From contig JAQFVV010000010.1 of the NCBI GenBank assembly GCA_028023455.1, positions 558,001-622,000 of the forward strand: 64,000 nucleotides of DNA. Reading direction: 5' to 3'. Below the pieces are notes generated by a model. The model had not been told where the DNA came from, ran no database searches, and saw only the letters and a list, made by a program, of their open reading frames with translations. The DNA is from Epiperipatus broadwayi. Taxonomy: Eukaryota > Animalia > Onychophora. Shown one piece after another: positions 52,075 to 64,000 of the stretch; position 1 is the first letter of the stretch; each line of letters begins with the position of its first letter. The translations under genes were made by a program, and so were the position numbers.

Positions 52075-53774
52075 TGTATATTATAACAGGACTGGGTTCA
52101 AACCCTGTTCTAAGGTATAGTATGATATAAGCGAGCATATATATACTTGATCAAAAGTGATATTAAGTTAGATTATTTTTTTATATATGTGTGTATATAT
52201 ATTTTAAATGGGTAAATGAAAATAGATTGAAACAGAAGAGGGGGGGTAAATGGTTCATGCTCTTATATTTTGTTTAGAAGCGCATGTATTTATATTACTG
52301 CATGGGTGAATGAGTGTAATAAATTCATAAAAAGAAGAAAATTTACATGGCCAAGCTTTAATTCCAAGATGGATGATGAAGGACAGAATTTCCAAAAAGA
52401 TATGTTAATTGCAAGGAGAGAATCAAAAAAGGTATAGATTGCTATCTTGATGAATAAAAGTATTTTAATTAAAAAGGAAACTATTTCAAGATGGAAGATG
52501 GAGAGAATTGTTAAAAAGGATAAGTTAAATGTCAGGAAAAAATCAAAAAAGGTATAGATCACTATTGTAATAGATAAAAGTTATTTTAATCAAGAAAGAA
52601 AAGTTGCTGAAAGGTTTTGTTTATTCAAACCACGTGGTTTCGTTTAAAAAAAGAACAATAGTATTTTAATTAAGGAGTTGGAAAGCCGTACTTAAAAAAA
52701 AAGACATTACAGAACTGTTAATGCCATGAGCAAGATAGCAGCAAGATCTGTTTAAAAATTATATATATCCATCAGCCATGAATAGGCTGGGGTAAAAGGA
52801 CAAAAATGGACCAGGCTCTGCTAGCCATCCTGTGGAGGTATTGTGGTTGCTGTCCATATAGGAGTGAAGCCCTTTCTAAACTACAGGCAGAATGACATTC
52901 ACCGAATGTCATTGATTGTGCCTTATGGAATCAACAAGAGCTACCGAAAATCACTTATTCACTACGACACAACACAAAACCAGTAAACATTACCATTCAT
53001 CTGCACCTGGGTGTGAAAAATCAAGGTAACACAAATAATTTCTTAAATGTCAGTCATCTGTTAAATAAGAACTTATTTTCAATAAAATAATAATGCGTAA
53101 AGGCTAAAAGAAAACAAAGAAATATTTGAAATAACACCCAATGTAATTCTATGAATGAATAGATGGGATAATGTTTAATTGCATTTACTTTGTATTCTAT
53201 AATTTATACATTTTGTTATATTTATGAATCTATGCAGAGTATGTGTTTGCATGCGTGTTATTCAAATATTTGAGCACAAGCCAATACATAATAATGGGAT
53301 TTTGTTTTGTTTTTATTAATAAATATTAAATTCATGTTTTAATTACGAGTGTGTGCATACAGTGTTAATTTCTTTAAAACTTAGATAATATCGTAAGATT
53401 AGAGAGTAGGTATTAAGAACAAAAATAATATATTCTGGGAATCATTTATGCATTTACATGCGCACTTGGTTAGTCCCCCACACCCCTGAGTAAGCTAGCC
53501 AAAGGTAGGAGCTCTATCTATTAGAAATTAATACTCGATCTCTCCTAACATAATTCTTATTTACTCATAGATAGGATTGGCACTTGGAGTCAACAATTGA
53601 CATCCATAAATATGCTGGGCGAGTGATAAGAGTACGGGGCAAAATTACTTGTATATATATATATTCGTGTTATAATTTTCTCTTTTAAAAAAAAGGAAAC
53701 TTAGGTTTTAAATATGTAAATAAGCATATATCATATATATATATGCAATTCACACAGGTATATAAACTGTTACA
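52075..53774 (+). repeat. 5' LTR (1700 bp)
   Basis: Collinear with 57910-59656; starts TGTA and ends GTTACA. Confidence 0.93.
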
Positions 53775-54104
53775 ATGGTGACCCAACTAAGAAGCTTTTG
53801 AAGAGTGGAAAGTAGGGGGGATAGAATATAAGTTAAATAAAACAGTTAGCTATAACAGTTAAATATAAGAGTTGAGAATAGTAATAAAGGAATAAACATG
53901 AAATACTATAATCGTTTTGGTGAATTTTAAAGAAGGAGATCAAGGAATAGGTTTGAAGAGGGTTAGATAGGGAAATTAGACAGGTAACACAGTACATCAT
54001 GGATGGAAAGCAAGTTTGGTGCATTTGATGTAGAAACAGTTGGCACAAAATTATTATAATTAGCTCATTGATAAAAAAAAATAACAGAATAAAAGTGGAG
54101 TAAA

Positions 54105-54690
54105 ATGGAATGGGTGAAAATAAAAATGTACAGAGGGGGAAAGGAGGAGTGGCCAACAGAGCATATTCAAAGTCTGCAAAGATATTTTGATAGCCACGGA
54201 ATACCAGATAAAGATAAAGTAATGATAGCATGCCACCACCTTGAAGGATATGCTGAGGCTTGGTGGAATTCACTTTTACACCAGCCACAAACATTCCCAG
54301 ATTATAAAAGGGGTTTGAAGAAGGTCTTCTGGAGGGAAGAGCTGCAGGAGCACATTAGAGTACAGTTAATGAAGAAAAAGTTTCAGGAAAATACTGGAGA
54401 ATATGTGCAATTTTGCAGGAGACAGGTGGCCATGCTAAAGACATTAGAAGCATACAGACTGTCTGAGAAACAGATTCTGGGAATAGTGTGCAGGAATTTA
54501 CCAGAGAAATCAACTGGATGGTAGAAACAGAGTGAGAAGTCAGTGAAAGCAGTAGATAGACTATTGAGTCAGATAGAGATAAGTGAACAAATGAGACAAA
54601 TCGATGAGCGAGGATTGAGGTCAGGGAAACAGGCAGAGATTTATGGAATAAGTAAAGTATATGGACAAGAAAAAAGGGAAATAGGAAACT
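54105..54690 (+). pseudogene. gag: Gypsy gag (capsid), disrupted
   Basis: MYRGGKEEWPTEHIQSLQRYFDSHGIPDKDKVMIACHHLEGYAEAWWNSL is a retrotransposon gag pattern (F.G.......F...LE.YF...L.G.A..WW). Confidence 0.85.
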
Positions 54691-57600
54691 TTGTGTGTTC
54701 AGGGGAAGACAGAGTCCCAGGTTATGCATGTCAGACATTGTCCCAAAATTCCCATAACAGTGAATCAGATCAAGATGGAGGCTGTTTTGGATTTGGGTAG
54801 TCAGGTTTTGGTGATAGCAGAAAGACAATACCACAGAATCAGGAAAGAACAATTGGATATACCTACTCTCCCATTGAAATCAGCTCATGTAACAATGGCT
54901 AACAACCGAAAAGCCAAGATTGAGTCCAAACAAATATGGCTAGATATTAAAGTCAATGGAGAAAGCTGTCTGCATGTCTTTTTGATAATGAAAGACTTGA
55001 TATGTGACACTTTGTTAGGGTCATATTTTTTGCATAAATATAAATGCACTTTAGATTATGAAGGTAGGCAAGCCACATTTAAAGGAAAGGTAGTTGGGTT
55101 TCTTAATGGGGGGCTACATAGATCAGTCAGGGCATTATGTATGATGGAAGACCTTACAAATGCCATCATTACGGAAAGGGTACAAGAGGCAAAGATGGCA
55201 ACGAGGAGTTGGGACAGCATATTGATGCAAACATTGCAGGAATACCACCAAGTTTTCTCCGACATACCAGGGATAATACTGGATTTTGAACAAAGGATTA
55301 GAGTAAATGAAAACCAACCTTTTAAAGCCAGGTCATACCCTATTCCCCATCAATATCGAACTGAAGTGAAAAAGCAAATAGATCAGATGGTAGAATGGGG
55401 CATTGTTTCAAAAGCTCATCAGCATACTGCAACCCATTGGTAGTCATGAGGAAGAGAGACAGTACAATCAGGCTGTGCCTCGATGCAAGACAACTGAAAA
55501 AAGTAACTGTTCCCAATTGTAATGTCCCCCACCCATACAGAAACTTCTAGGAAGATTCAAGGGAAAAAAGAATATTTTCAATGTTTGACTTGATTGCTAG
55601 TTATTGGCAGATCAAGTTACACCCAGATGATTGTAAGAATATGGTGTTTCAATATGAGGGTTATTCATATCAGTTCAACTGGGTGCCATTTGGCATAAAC
55701 AACTGCAGGGCAGGATTGTTAAGATGTTTAGATCAGGTGCTATCCCCTGAAGTAAAATATCTAATCACTATGTATGTAGATGATGTGTTAGTGGCATCAG
55801 CCACCATAGCAGAGCATATAAGGCATGTTACGATGTTTTTAAAGAATGCCAGGAAAAGCGAACTAAAATAAACCTAAAAAAGTACATTGCTTCAGGAAGA
55901 GGTTACATTTTTAAGTCATATGGTAGGAGCACAAGGTATTAGGCCCCACTCTGATAAGGTCTCAGCTATTAGAGACTTTTCAGCACCCAAATCCAGGAAA
56001 TAAGTGCAGTCCTTCCTTGGCTTGTGCAACTTTTACAACCGGTTTCAGGAACGATTTGCAGAACAAATGGAAGTCTTGGTTAGGTTATTGAGAAAAGATG
56101 TGATGTGGGAATGGAAAGAGGAACAAGAACAAGCCTGAAAAAGGGTGAAGGCAGGATTTATTGAATATGTAGTGTTGGCATTTCCCAAATTTTGCAAGGC
56201 CATTTGTGGTGCAGATGGATAGTAGTGGGTATGGCTTGGGAGTAACAGTGTCATAAGTTCAAATGGATGGTCAGATAGGAGTATTGTATTTTCTGAGTCG
56301 ATTGCTTAAGAGATCTGAACTCCATTATACTGGTACTGAAAGAGAAGCCCTGGCAATTGTTTGGGCTTTCCAAAAACTTTGTGCACTCTTGTTAGGATCA
56401 GAAGCCATCATGGTCACTGACCACAAAGAGCTTGGAATTCATCAATCATAGTTACCTAACCAATATTCGGTTAGTATGCTGGAGTCTATACCTCCAAGAA
56501 TATAACTATACAGTGAGGTATTGCAAGAGGTCAGAGAATATAATGGTGGATACTCTCAGCAGGAATCCTGCGCATTCGAAATCTCAACATTTGCAGATAG
56601 GAAATTTATATATTGCCAGTGTGAGCTCAGAAATAGATGGGGTTGAGAGTGACCTTAAACAGCTGGTTCAATGCCAGAGAGAAGATGCCCAGTTGAAACA
56701 GGTATTTGAGCACTTGGAGGATGGGGGATCAAGGTTGTCAGTTGGTGTAACATAGGATTGGACATTGTAGAGTAGATGGATCCATACTTTAATATAAAGT
56801 CATGAGTGACCCAGAAGAATGGAGGCCAATCATACCTAGACAGATGACAGATGCAGTGGTGGCTCATGTTCACCATGTGTATGGACACTATGGGGTGTGG
56901 AAGACCGAACATTGGCTCAAGAAATGGTTTTATTGGTCCAGCATGCATGATAAAACAGTCACTGTCATTGGTCAATGTGAAGTTTGTCAGAGAGCCAAAC
57001 CAGTAAACAGAAATAATGTAGCCCCAATGATATCCATAATACCAAAGAAACCATGGGAGATTGTAGCAGTGGACTATTATGGTCCATTGCCGGCATACAA
57101 TAAAAAGAAGTATTTGCTAGTGGTATACAATTTGTTTTCCAAATTCATGGCTGCCTACTCAATAGCTCAAGCAATTATGAGGAACACAATGTGCATATTA
57201 AAAAAGGAACATTTTCCATCAGTGGGTGAACCTCAGATTATCCTATCAGAACATGGGACACCATTTACATCTAGAGAATGGGGAAGATGGGTCCAGAGAT
57301 CAGGGATCCAACATATACTGATGTCCATCCAGAACCCCCAATCAAACACATATGAATGAGTGATGCGCGAGCTGGGTAGATTGTTCAGAACTTACATCCC
57401 AACCAACCACAGAGGTTGGGTCAGAAAAATTAGTGAGATAATTAACTATATTAATTGGGCAGTCTATGAGTCAATGGGCTTTTCTCTTATGTGGTTGCAC
57501 TGTGGCCGAGATGCTCCTCAATTAATACCAGATAATCTGTAAAGAAGTGAGGAAGGATCAGTAGATACTGAAAGTGATCAAAGACAGGCATATCGCAACC

Positions 57601-57830
57601 TCATAAGAAAAAGCCAGAAGTGAAATAGAATGTCAATGGGATACCATAGGTTCAAGGTGGGTGACTGGGTTTTGATAAAGACGTGAGTGAGCCAGGGATG
57701 TTCATATGTAAACAATTTATATGAGGGTCCATCACCATTGTGAGATGTTGGGGAAATCATGCATTTTGGGTAGATACCAGACAGGAAATAAAGGGATCGT
57801 ATAATGCTCAGTCACTCAAAGCTGTACCAT
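54691..57830 (+). pseudogene. pol: Gypsy pol (PR, RT, RNase H, integrase) with multiple stops and frameshifts
   Basis: PR: AVLDLGS. RT: FDLIASYWQI, VPFGINN, YVDDVLV. RNase H: YFLSRLL..SELHYTGTEREALAIVWA, TDHK. Integrase: HHVYGHYG...CEVCQ, PWEIVAVDYYGPLP, GTPFTS. Confidence 0.93.
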
Positions 57831-57909
57831 CACCCTATGACAGTAATAAGTAGAGTTATTTGGTGGTTAAGGAATGAGCCATTCAAATACTAAAGGCTTT
57901 CGAAGAGGG

Positions 57910-59656
57910 TGTATTATAACAGGGCTGGGGTCAAACCCTATTCTAAGGTATAGTATGATATAAGCGAGCATATATATACTTGATCAAAAGTGATATTAAG
58001 TTAGATTTTTTTATGTGTGTGTATATATATTTACTTGATCAAAAGTGATATTAAGTTAGATTTTTTTATGTGTGTGTGTATATATTTTAAATGGGTAACT
58101 GAAAATAGATTGAAACAGAAGAGGGAGCGGGTTATATGGTTTGTGCTCTTGTATTTTGTTTAGAAGCATGTGTATTTATATTCCTGCATGGGTGAATGAG
58201 TGTAATAAATTCATAAAAAGAAGAAAATTTACATGGCCAAGCTTTAATTCTAAGATGGACGACAAAGGACAGAATTTCCAAAAAGATATGTTGATTGCAA
58301 GGAAAGAATCAAAAAAGGTTTATTTTAATTAAAAGGGAAATTATTTCAAGATGAAAGACGGAGTGTAGAATTGTTAAAAAGGATAAGTTAAATGCCAGGA
58401 AAGAATCAAAAAAGTATAGATCGCTATCATAATAGACAAGCTATTTTAATCAAGAAAGAAAAGTTGCTGAAAGGTTTTATTTGTTCAAACCACATGGTTT
58501 CATTTCGAAAAAGAAAAAAAAGAACAATAGTATTTTAATTAAGGAGTTGGAAAGCTGTACTTAAAAAAAAGACATTCCAGAATTGTTAATGCCATGAGCA
58601 AGATCACAGAAAGATCAGTTTGAAACTTATATATATTCATCAACCATGAATAGGCTGGGGTAAAAGAACAAAAACAGACCAGGTGCTGCCAGCCATCCTG
58701 TGGAGGTATTGTGGTTGCTGTCCATATAGGAGCGAAGCCTTTTATAAACTACAGGTAGAATGACATTCACCGAATGCCATTGATTGTGCCTTACAGAATC
58801 AATGGAGAGCTACCGAAAATCACTTATTCACTATGGCACAACACAAAGCCAGTAAACATTACCATTCATCTGCACCCGGGTAAGAAAAATCAAAGTAATG
58901 CAAATAATTTCTTAAATGCCAGTCATCTCTTAAATAAGAACTTATTTTCAGTAAAATAATAATGTGTAAGGGCTAAAAGAAATATTTGAAATAATGTTCA
59001 ATGTAATTCTATGAATGAATAGATGGTATAATGATTTATTGCATTTACTTTGTATTCTATAATTTGTACGTTTTGTTATATTTATGAACCTATGCAGAGT
59101 ATGTGTTTGCATGCATGTTATTCAAATATTTGAGTGCAAGGCAATACATAATAATGGGATTTTGTTTTGTTCTTAATAATAAATATTAAATTCGTGTTTT
59201 AATTACGAGTGTCATGCATTCAGTGTTAATTTCTTTAAAACTTAGATCATATCATAAGATTAGAGAGTAGTATTAAGAACAAAAATAATATATTCTGCGA
59301 ATTGTTTATGTGTTTACGTGAGCACTTGGTTAGTCCCCCACCTCTTTTCCATGGTTATCAACCACCACCCCTGAGTGAGCTAGCCAGAGATAGGAGATCT
59401 ATCTATTAGAAATTGATACTCAATCTCTCCCAGCATAATTCTTATTTACTCGTAGATAGGATTGGCGCTTGGAGTCAACAATTGATGTCCATAAATATGC
59501 TGGGTGAGTCATAAGAGTACCGGGCAAAATTACTTGTATATATATATTCGTGTTATAATTTTCTCTTTAAAAAAAAGGAAACTTAGGTTTTAAATATGTA
59601 AATAAGCATATACTATATATATATACGTGATTCACACAGGTATGTAAACCGTTACA
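57910..59656 (+). repeat. 3' LTR (1747 bp), with a private ~54-bp tandem duplication at ~57978-58087
   Basis: Collinear with 52075-53774. Confidence 0.93.
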
Positions 59657-59967
59657 ATATGTTACTTTCATTAATAATTTTTTTGTATATTTTTTATCAA
59701 ACATTAAAAATATATAAAAATAAAATAATAATTAAAAAATATATAAAAATAAATACCATTGGCTCCCAATAACTTTTATTGAAAAACTACAGTGGTATAA
59801 ACTTGAATTTTTTTCAATGTAATTTTCGAGCAAATACATTTCCTTTAACAATGAAAAAACTAAGAGAAAAATAAAAAAAATTAATTTACTTGATCACAAA
59901 AATTATAAAATTTTTATTTTTTGTCATAGATAAATAAAACTTACCTTTTCTAAAACTAGAAAGATGG

Positions 59968-60118
59968 AAATGAAGGTGTAAAAAGTAATTGCATAGATTG
60001 CATACATTTCTGTTATTATTAAGATTAAACCAGATGTTTATAAATGAAAATGAAGGTGTAAAAAGTATTTGCATAGATTGCATACATTTCTGTTATTATT
60101 AAGATTAAACCAGATGTT
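59968..60118. repeat. ~78-bp tandem duplication
   Basis: AATGAAGGTGTAAAAAGTA(A/T)TTGCATAGATTGCATACATTTCTGTTATTATTAAGATTAAACCAGATGTT occurs twice. Confidence 0.9.
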
Positions 60119-62670
60119 CACAATTTGAGAATTCTTGTCTGCATTATGCAGGTATAAGAACGAGACAGTTAAGTGACAAAAACTATTTCAAAAGTCTGGT
60201 ACTGATTTAGTGGAGGCAATTATATTCAATCATTTTCATCATTATTTACTTTTCATATAACTTTTTGAAAGTTACACCAATTAGTTCTATTTAAAAGTTG
60301 TCCCTTTAGGTTATGGATACAAAAATGGCACCCAACATGGAGCATAATTAAATTTGTTTGCCTGAGATTTTAAAACAAAAATGGTTTTCTAAAGTGTAAC
60401 ACAATAATATATCATTAAGATTACACCCTGAGAAAAATATAAAGTGATGAAATTTAGTGGATATATATGTATATAATTTTTCACTCATTATAGTTTTCTT
60501 AGGATACATTAATAATACTGCAATGTGTATGTGCCTAAATAATATATACAAAGTTTATTAATATAAATGCTATGACATAGGAAAACTGTCATTTGCAATG
60601 AAAGATGAGATTGGCACTTGAATTAATTATAAATAGTAGACAGTGATCAAAAGGGTTTTAAAGGCAGCATGAGTATCAACCAAGTTTGATTATTTCTGGA
60701 AAAGCTTGCAAATATTTATGGTAAGGATTGACACATTAAACTATGTATCTGAATTTATATAATAATAATGTCATTGTTTTTAATTCTTTGTACAATCCAA
60801 GTAAAATAAGATGAGTATATATTGTAATGGAATATAATATGCCATCACATTATTTTAAAAATAAAATAAAAAGAATCATAAATAAAAATTGATTTATTAA
60901 AAAGAAAAAAACTTAAGTTAAAAACAGAAATTTAAAAACTGTTTAACGTATATATAGATCGCATGATGGACAACTTTAAAAACTATTTTAAAAAATAAAA
61001 ATATTTGAAAGTAATTTTTTTGTAAAAAAGTAAAGATATAAAGATTTGATATTTTGAAAATAGAAATAATGTTGATTTCTATAATCTTAGAAAATGGAAA
61101 TGATTGTCTTATTAATTAAATGATTGTTCAAAAGCAAACTAGCCCCTGAGGCATTTAAAATAAATCAAATGGTCACATAAAAGAATACAAAGAAATTGAA
61201 TGACCAATGCAGTCACGAAAATGACAGCACAGACCATAACTGAAACACGAGAGGATTAGTGACATCTTGCTCATTGAATCCCAAGATCTTATGATAAGAG
61301 GCTAAGAAAAATATAAAAGCAAAATGATTATTATAATTGTTATCTGAGAGCTGACTATGAATATGTCATTATAACTAGTTATATTGCAGATTTTCATGAT
61401 GTGGAAGTCTGCAATAGATTTAATTTTCTGGACAACCAGCTGAGGCCTATTGATGCCAGTTCCTGACCAAATGCATGGCAAGTCGCAGTTTCATTTCAAA
61501 GAAGGACAAAATCTACGAAAGTGATCACGAAGATGGACTTCTAAATCTGCTAAATCCATAAAGTATGAACTCTTGTGTCTATCTAATAAGAACTTTCCTA
61601 AAATTGCAATTAATTAATAGCTGAAAATAAGAACTCTTATCTGACTTAAAAATGCAAATTCAATTGTTAATAATTTTTTTTATGCAGATGTTTAAGCAAT
61701 CATTTCCATTTCATTTTTTTTTGTGTGTAATATGTTTTAACTAAAATGTATTAAATTTAAAGTTGGGTGTAGATAGCTGCATGGATAAAGATTAATAAAT
61801 ATGTTTAAATTCGTTTATGTTTAGTTTAAGGGATTCTAATTTCAGGCTATTTGTTTCATAGTTAGGGCAATGCTTGTGGAGGGATATATTGGTGTTTATA
61901 TTAATGTAATGTGAAGCGTGTTTAGCATACAGGGCAATGTGTTCCAACTGAATGCATGACCCCAAAGAGGCAGTCATATCGTTGCAATGGTCGCAGACGT
62001 ATTTCTTGCACCATTGACCCCTTCTAGCTCTGGAGGGATTATAAGTTGGCAGAAGACCGCTCTCCCCCAGGTGTAGCACTCTTTAAAAAAATTATATACA
62101 TGATTCTTAGTCAGACAGATGCACTTTCCTGATCTAGACACGGATCATTTCCATCAAATAATATCATGCTGTCAGATGCACATTCCTGTCAGCATAGTTT
62201 TATGCTAGCATCTTCATATTGCATTGATTGCGACTATATATCTGGAAGCAGGCATTGGGTTGGCTACGAACTTTCAGTCTGAGATTGAATGAATGTTTTG
62301 ATAAGTTTTTAAGTGGAAAAAATATATGCAGTCTATCTGTACTCAACATGCTAAAGTAAAACCAAATTTAAATATCCATCTGTGTGGTCTATTTAAATAG
62401 TAATTTGAATTTAAATTTTAAAAAAATTATTAATGTTAAAATCTAAAAATAAATTTATTCCTCAATTTTAAATGTGCATTAATAAAAATCTATTTGTGTG
62501 TTAATTACTGGCAGTGGCTTCTTTTATTTTATTGTTCTAAATATTTAATATATATTTTGAGAATATAAATCTATTAAAACTTATAAAAATGTTTAAATCT
62601 CTGCTACTCTATGAGCTAGTGACATTGGGCAAACGGTCAGAATAATATATATAAATTTTTTTTTTGAATC

Positions 62671-62751
62671 TTAACTTACGTATCTGCCTACTATATACAT
62701 TTTTCTAGGTTCAAATGCCTAGGTGGCGCTCTCGTAAGGCAGATACGTTAA
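62671..62751. repeat. Small inverted-repeat element (ACGTATCTGCCT / AGGCAGATACGT) between TTAA sites
   Basis: 12-bp perfect inverted repeat; TTAA at 62671 and 62748; internal CCTAGGTGGCGCT. Confidence 0.5.
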
Positions 62752-64000
62752 AGTCTCCTTGCAGTGACTGTTAAAATATATATATATTAGATTATGGTTA
62801 CCAGATTAGTAAAAAAAATGCTAGATGAATCAATCATGGATACCAGCGATACAAAAAGCAGAACAGCCAACACAGTTGGATCAGGAACAAACAAAACTTA
62901 AGCTTATTGAAACAGCAATACCATTCATTGTTGACATAAAAATGTATGATTTAATCAAGTAAAGCCAACAGGAAATTAAAAAATATAGAGGAAGTGAAAC
63001 AATCATAATGAAAAATTTAATAAACATTACAAAATATAAATGAAATGAATAAATGAATGGCAACAATAAGTGATGGTATTTAAAAAAACTCAACAAATGA
63101 TTTGAGGACTTATGGAAATAAGGGAAGAAAATAAAAACATAACAGAAGCATTCTCTGAGAAATATGAGAAAAAAAATAGACAACTGAAAGAGAAGCAAAA
63201 GGTGTATAAACCAAATGACACAGGATGAGAAATCAGTAAATAAAATGTAAAAAAATATAAAACGTAATTGCAAAGTTAAAGATTTTCAGTGCCATTTTAT
63301 ATCACAACTTTTATTTCAAATGCTCACACTAGCACTTATCAGTTCTGGATGTATACAAAAAGACATTAAATTAGAGAGAGTGAAATGCCAAATGTTATAG
63401 GAATTGAAAAAATATAAATTGAAATTAATTTATTCAGCTTTTTTTTCACAAAAAGATAATACCCCAATAAAGATTGCAAGTACATGCATTTCAAAATGAA
63501 ACAAGTTACTTCTGAATGGTAAAACCTATTTCAAAACTTTAGTGTTGATTTTGTAGAGATGATTGGGAAATAAACCATTTTTAGGTTCAATCATTTTGAT
63601 CATTATCTGCTCTCTATGTAACTCTATGAAAGTTACACTAATTAATTATATATAAATTAAAAATGTATAACTTAATGTGTATAAAATTTAAATAAACAAA
63701 TTTCTGGGAACTATGTATAAACTATGACTCATGATCAATAAATGCAAAAAAAATATGTGGTAGCAACAATTTATTAAATTCTGATATTTATAAGCATTCA
63801 TTTATTGTCATTGTTTAAAATCAGGGTATAAATTTTGTAGTATTAGGCTGATTTAAATACAGTGCAAATTATTCTGAAATTTCAAATAAACATTTAAAGG
63901 ATGAGGCAAGTTTTATTTTTAACAACCTCTGATTGTCAATTGAACTGTCAGTTTTAATAAATATAAATTTAATATACAGTTTAATGTTATGAAATTTAAA

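Larger units (their letters stand above)
52075..59656 (+). mobile_element. Full-structure but disabled Ty3/Gypsy LTR retrotransposon
   Basis: TG...CA LTRs at 52075-53774 and 57910-59656; PBS TGGTGACCC at 53776 (matches the tRNA-Trp 3' end); purine tract GAAGAGGG before the 3' LTR; domain order gag-PR-RT-RH-IN; degenerate 5-bp TSD ATCAG/ATATG. Confidence 0.95.

Noticed and set aside
53833-55317. Minus-strand ORFs of 60-165 aa over the Gypsy gag/pol
   Set aside because: Antisense shadows of the purine-rich coding strand, with no motifs.

Overview
Very AT-rich, strongly CpG-depleted eukaryotic DNA, probably an invertebrate intergenic or intronic region (inference). I found no intact host gene; most short ORFs in the track are low-complexity noise. 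The window is a layered set of retroelements. These are a decayed RTE-clade LINE (0.7-3.5 kb), an old internally deleted Ty3/Gypsy element (13.5-23.8 kb) with an ORF1-only L1/Tx1-like element inside its 5' LTR, a near-complete L1/Tx1-like LINE (36.1-41.7 kb, minus strand), and a full-structure Ty3/Gypsy element with ~1.7 kb LTRs (52.1-59.7 kb). There are also a Penelope-like GIY-YIG fragment, a young tRNA-like SINE with a 14-bp TSD, a foldback-type element, MITEs and palindromes. The most notable signal is three apparently unrelated families of minimal type I hammerhead-ribozyme motifs with self-complementary helix III. One family sits in a non-coding ~471-479 bp unit that occurs as 1.4-1.6x tandem copies starting at different points, each with an inverted 5' piece (30.0 and 48.1 kb; partial copies at 23.2 and 24.2 kb). 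This fits a retrozyme-like, circular-RNA-producing, probably Penelope-mobilised element. All alignments and folds were done by eye, and element ends are approximate unless a TSD or terminus is quoted.
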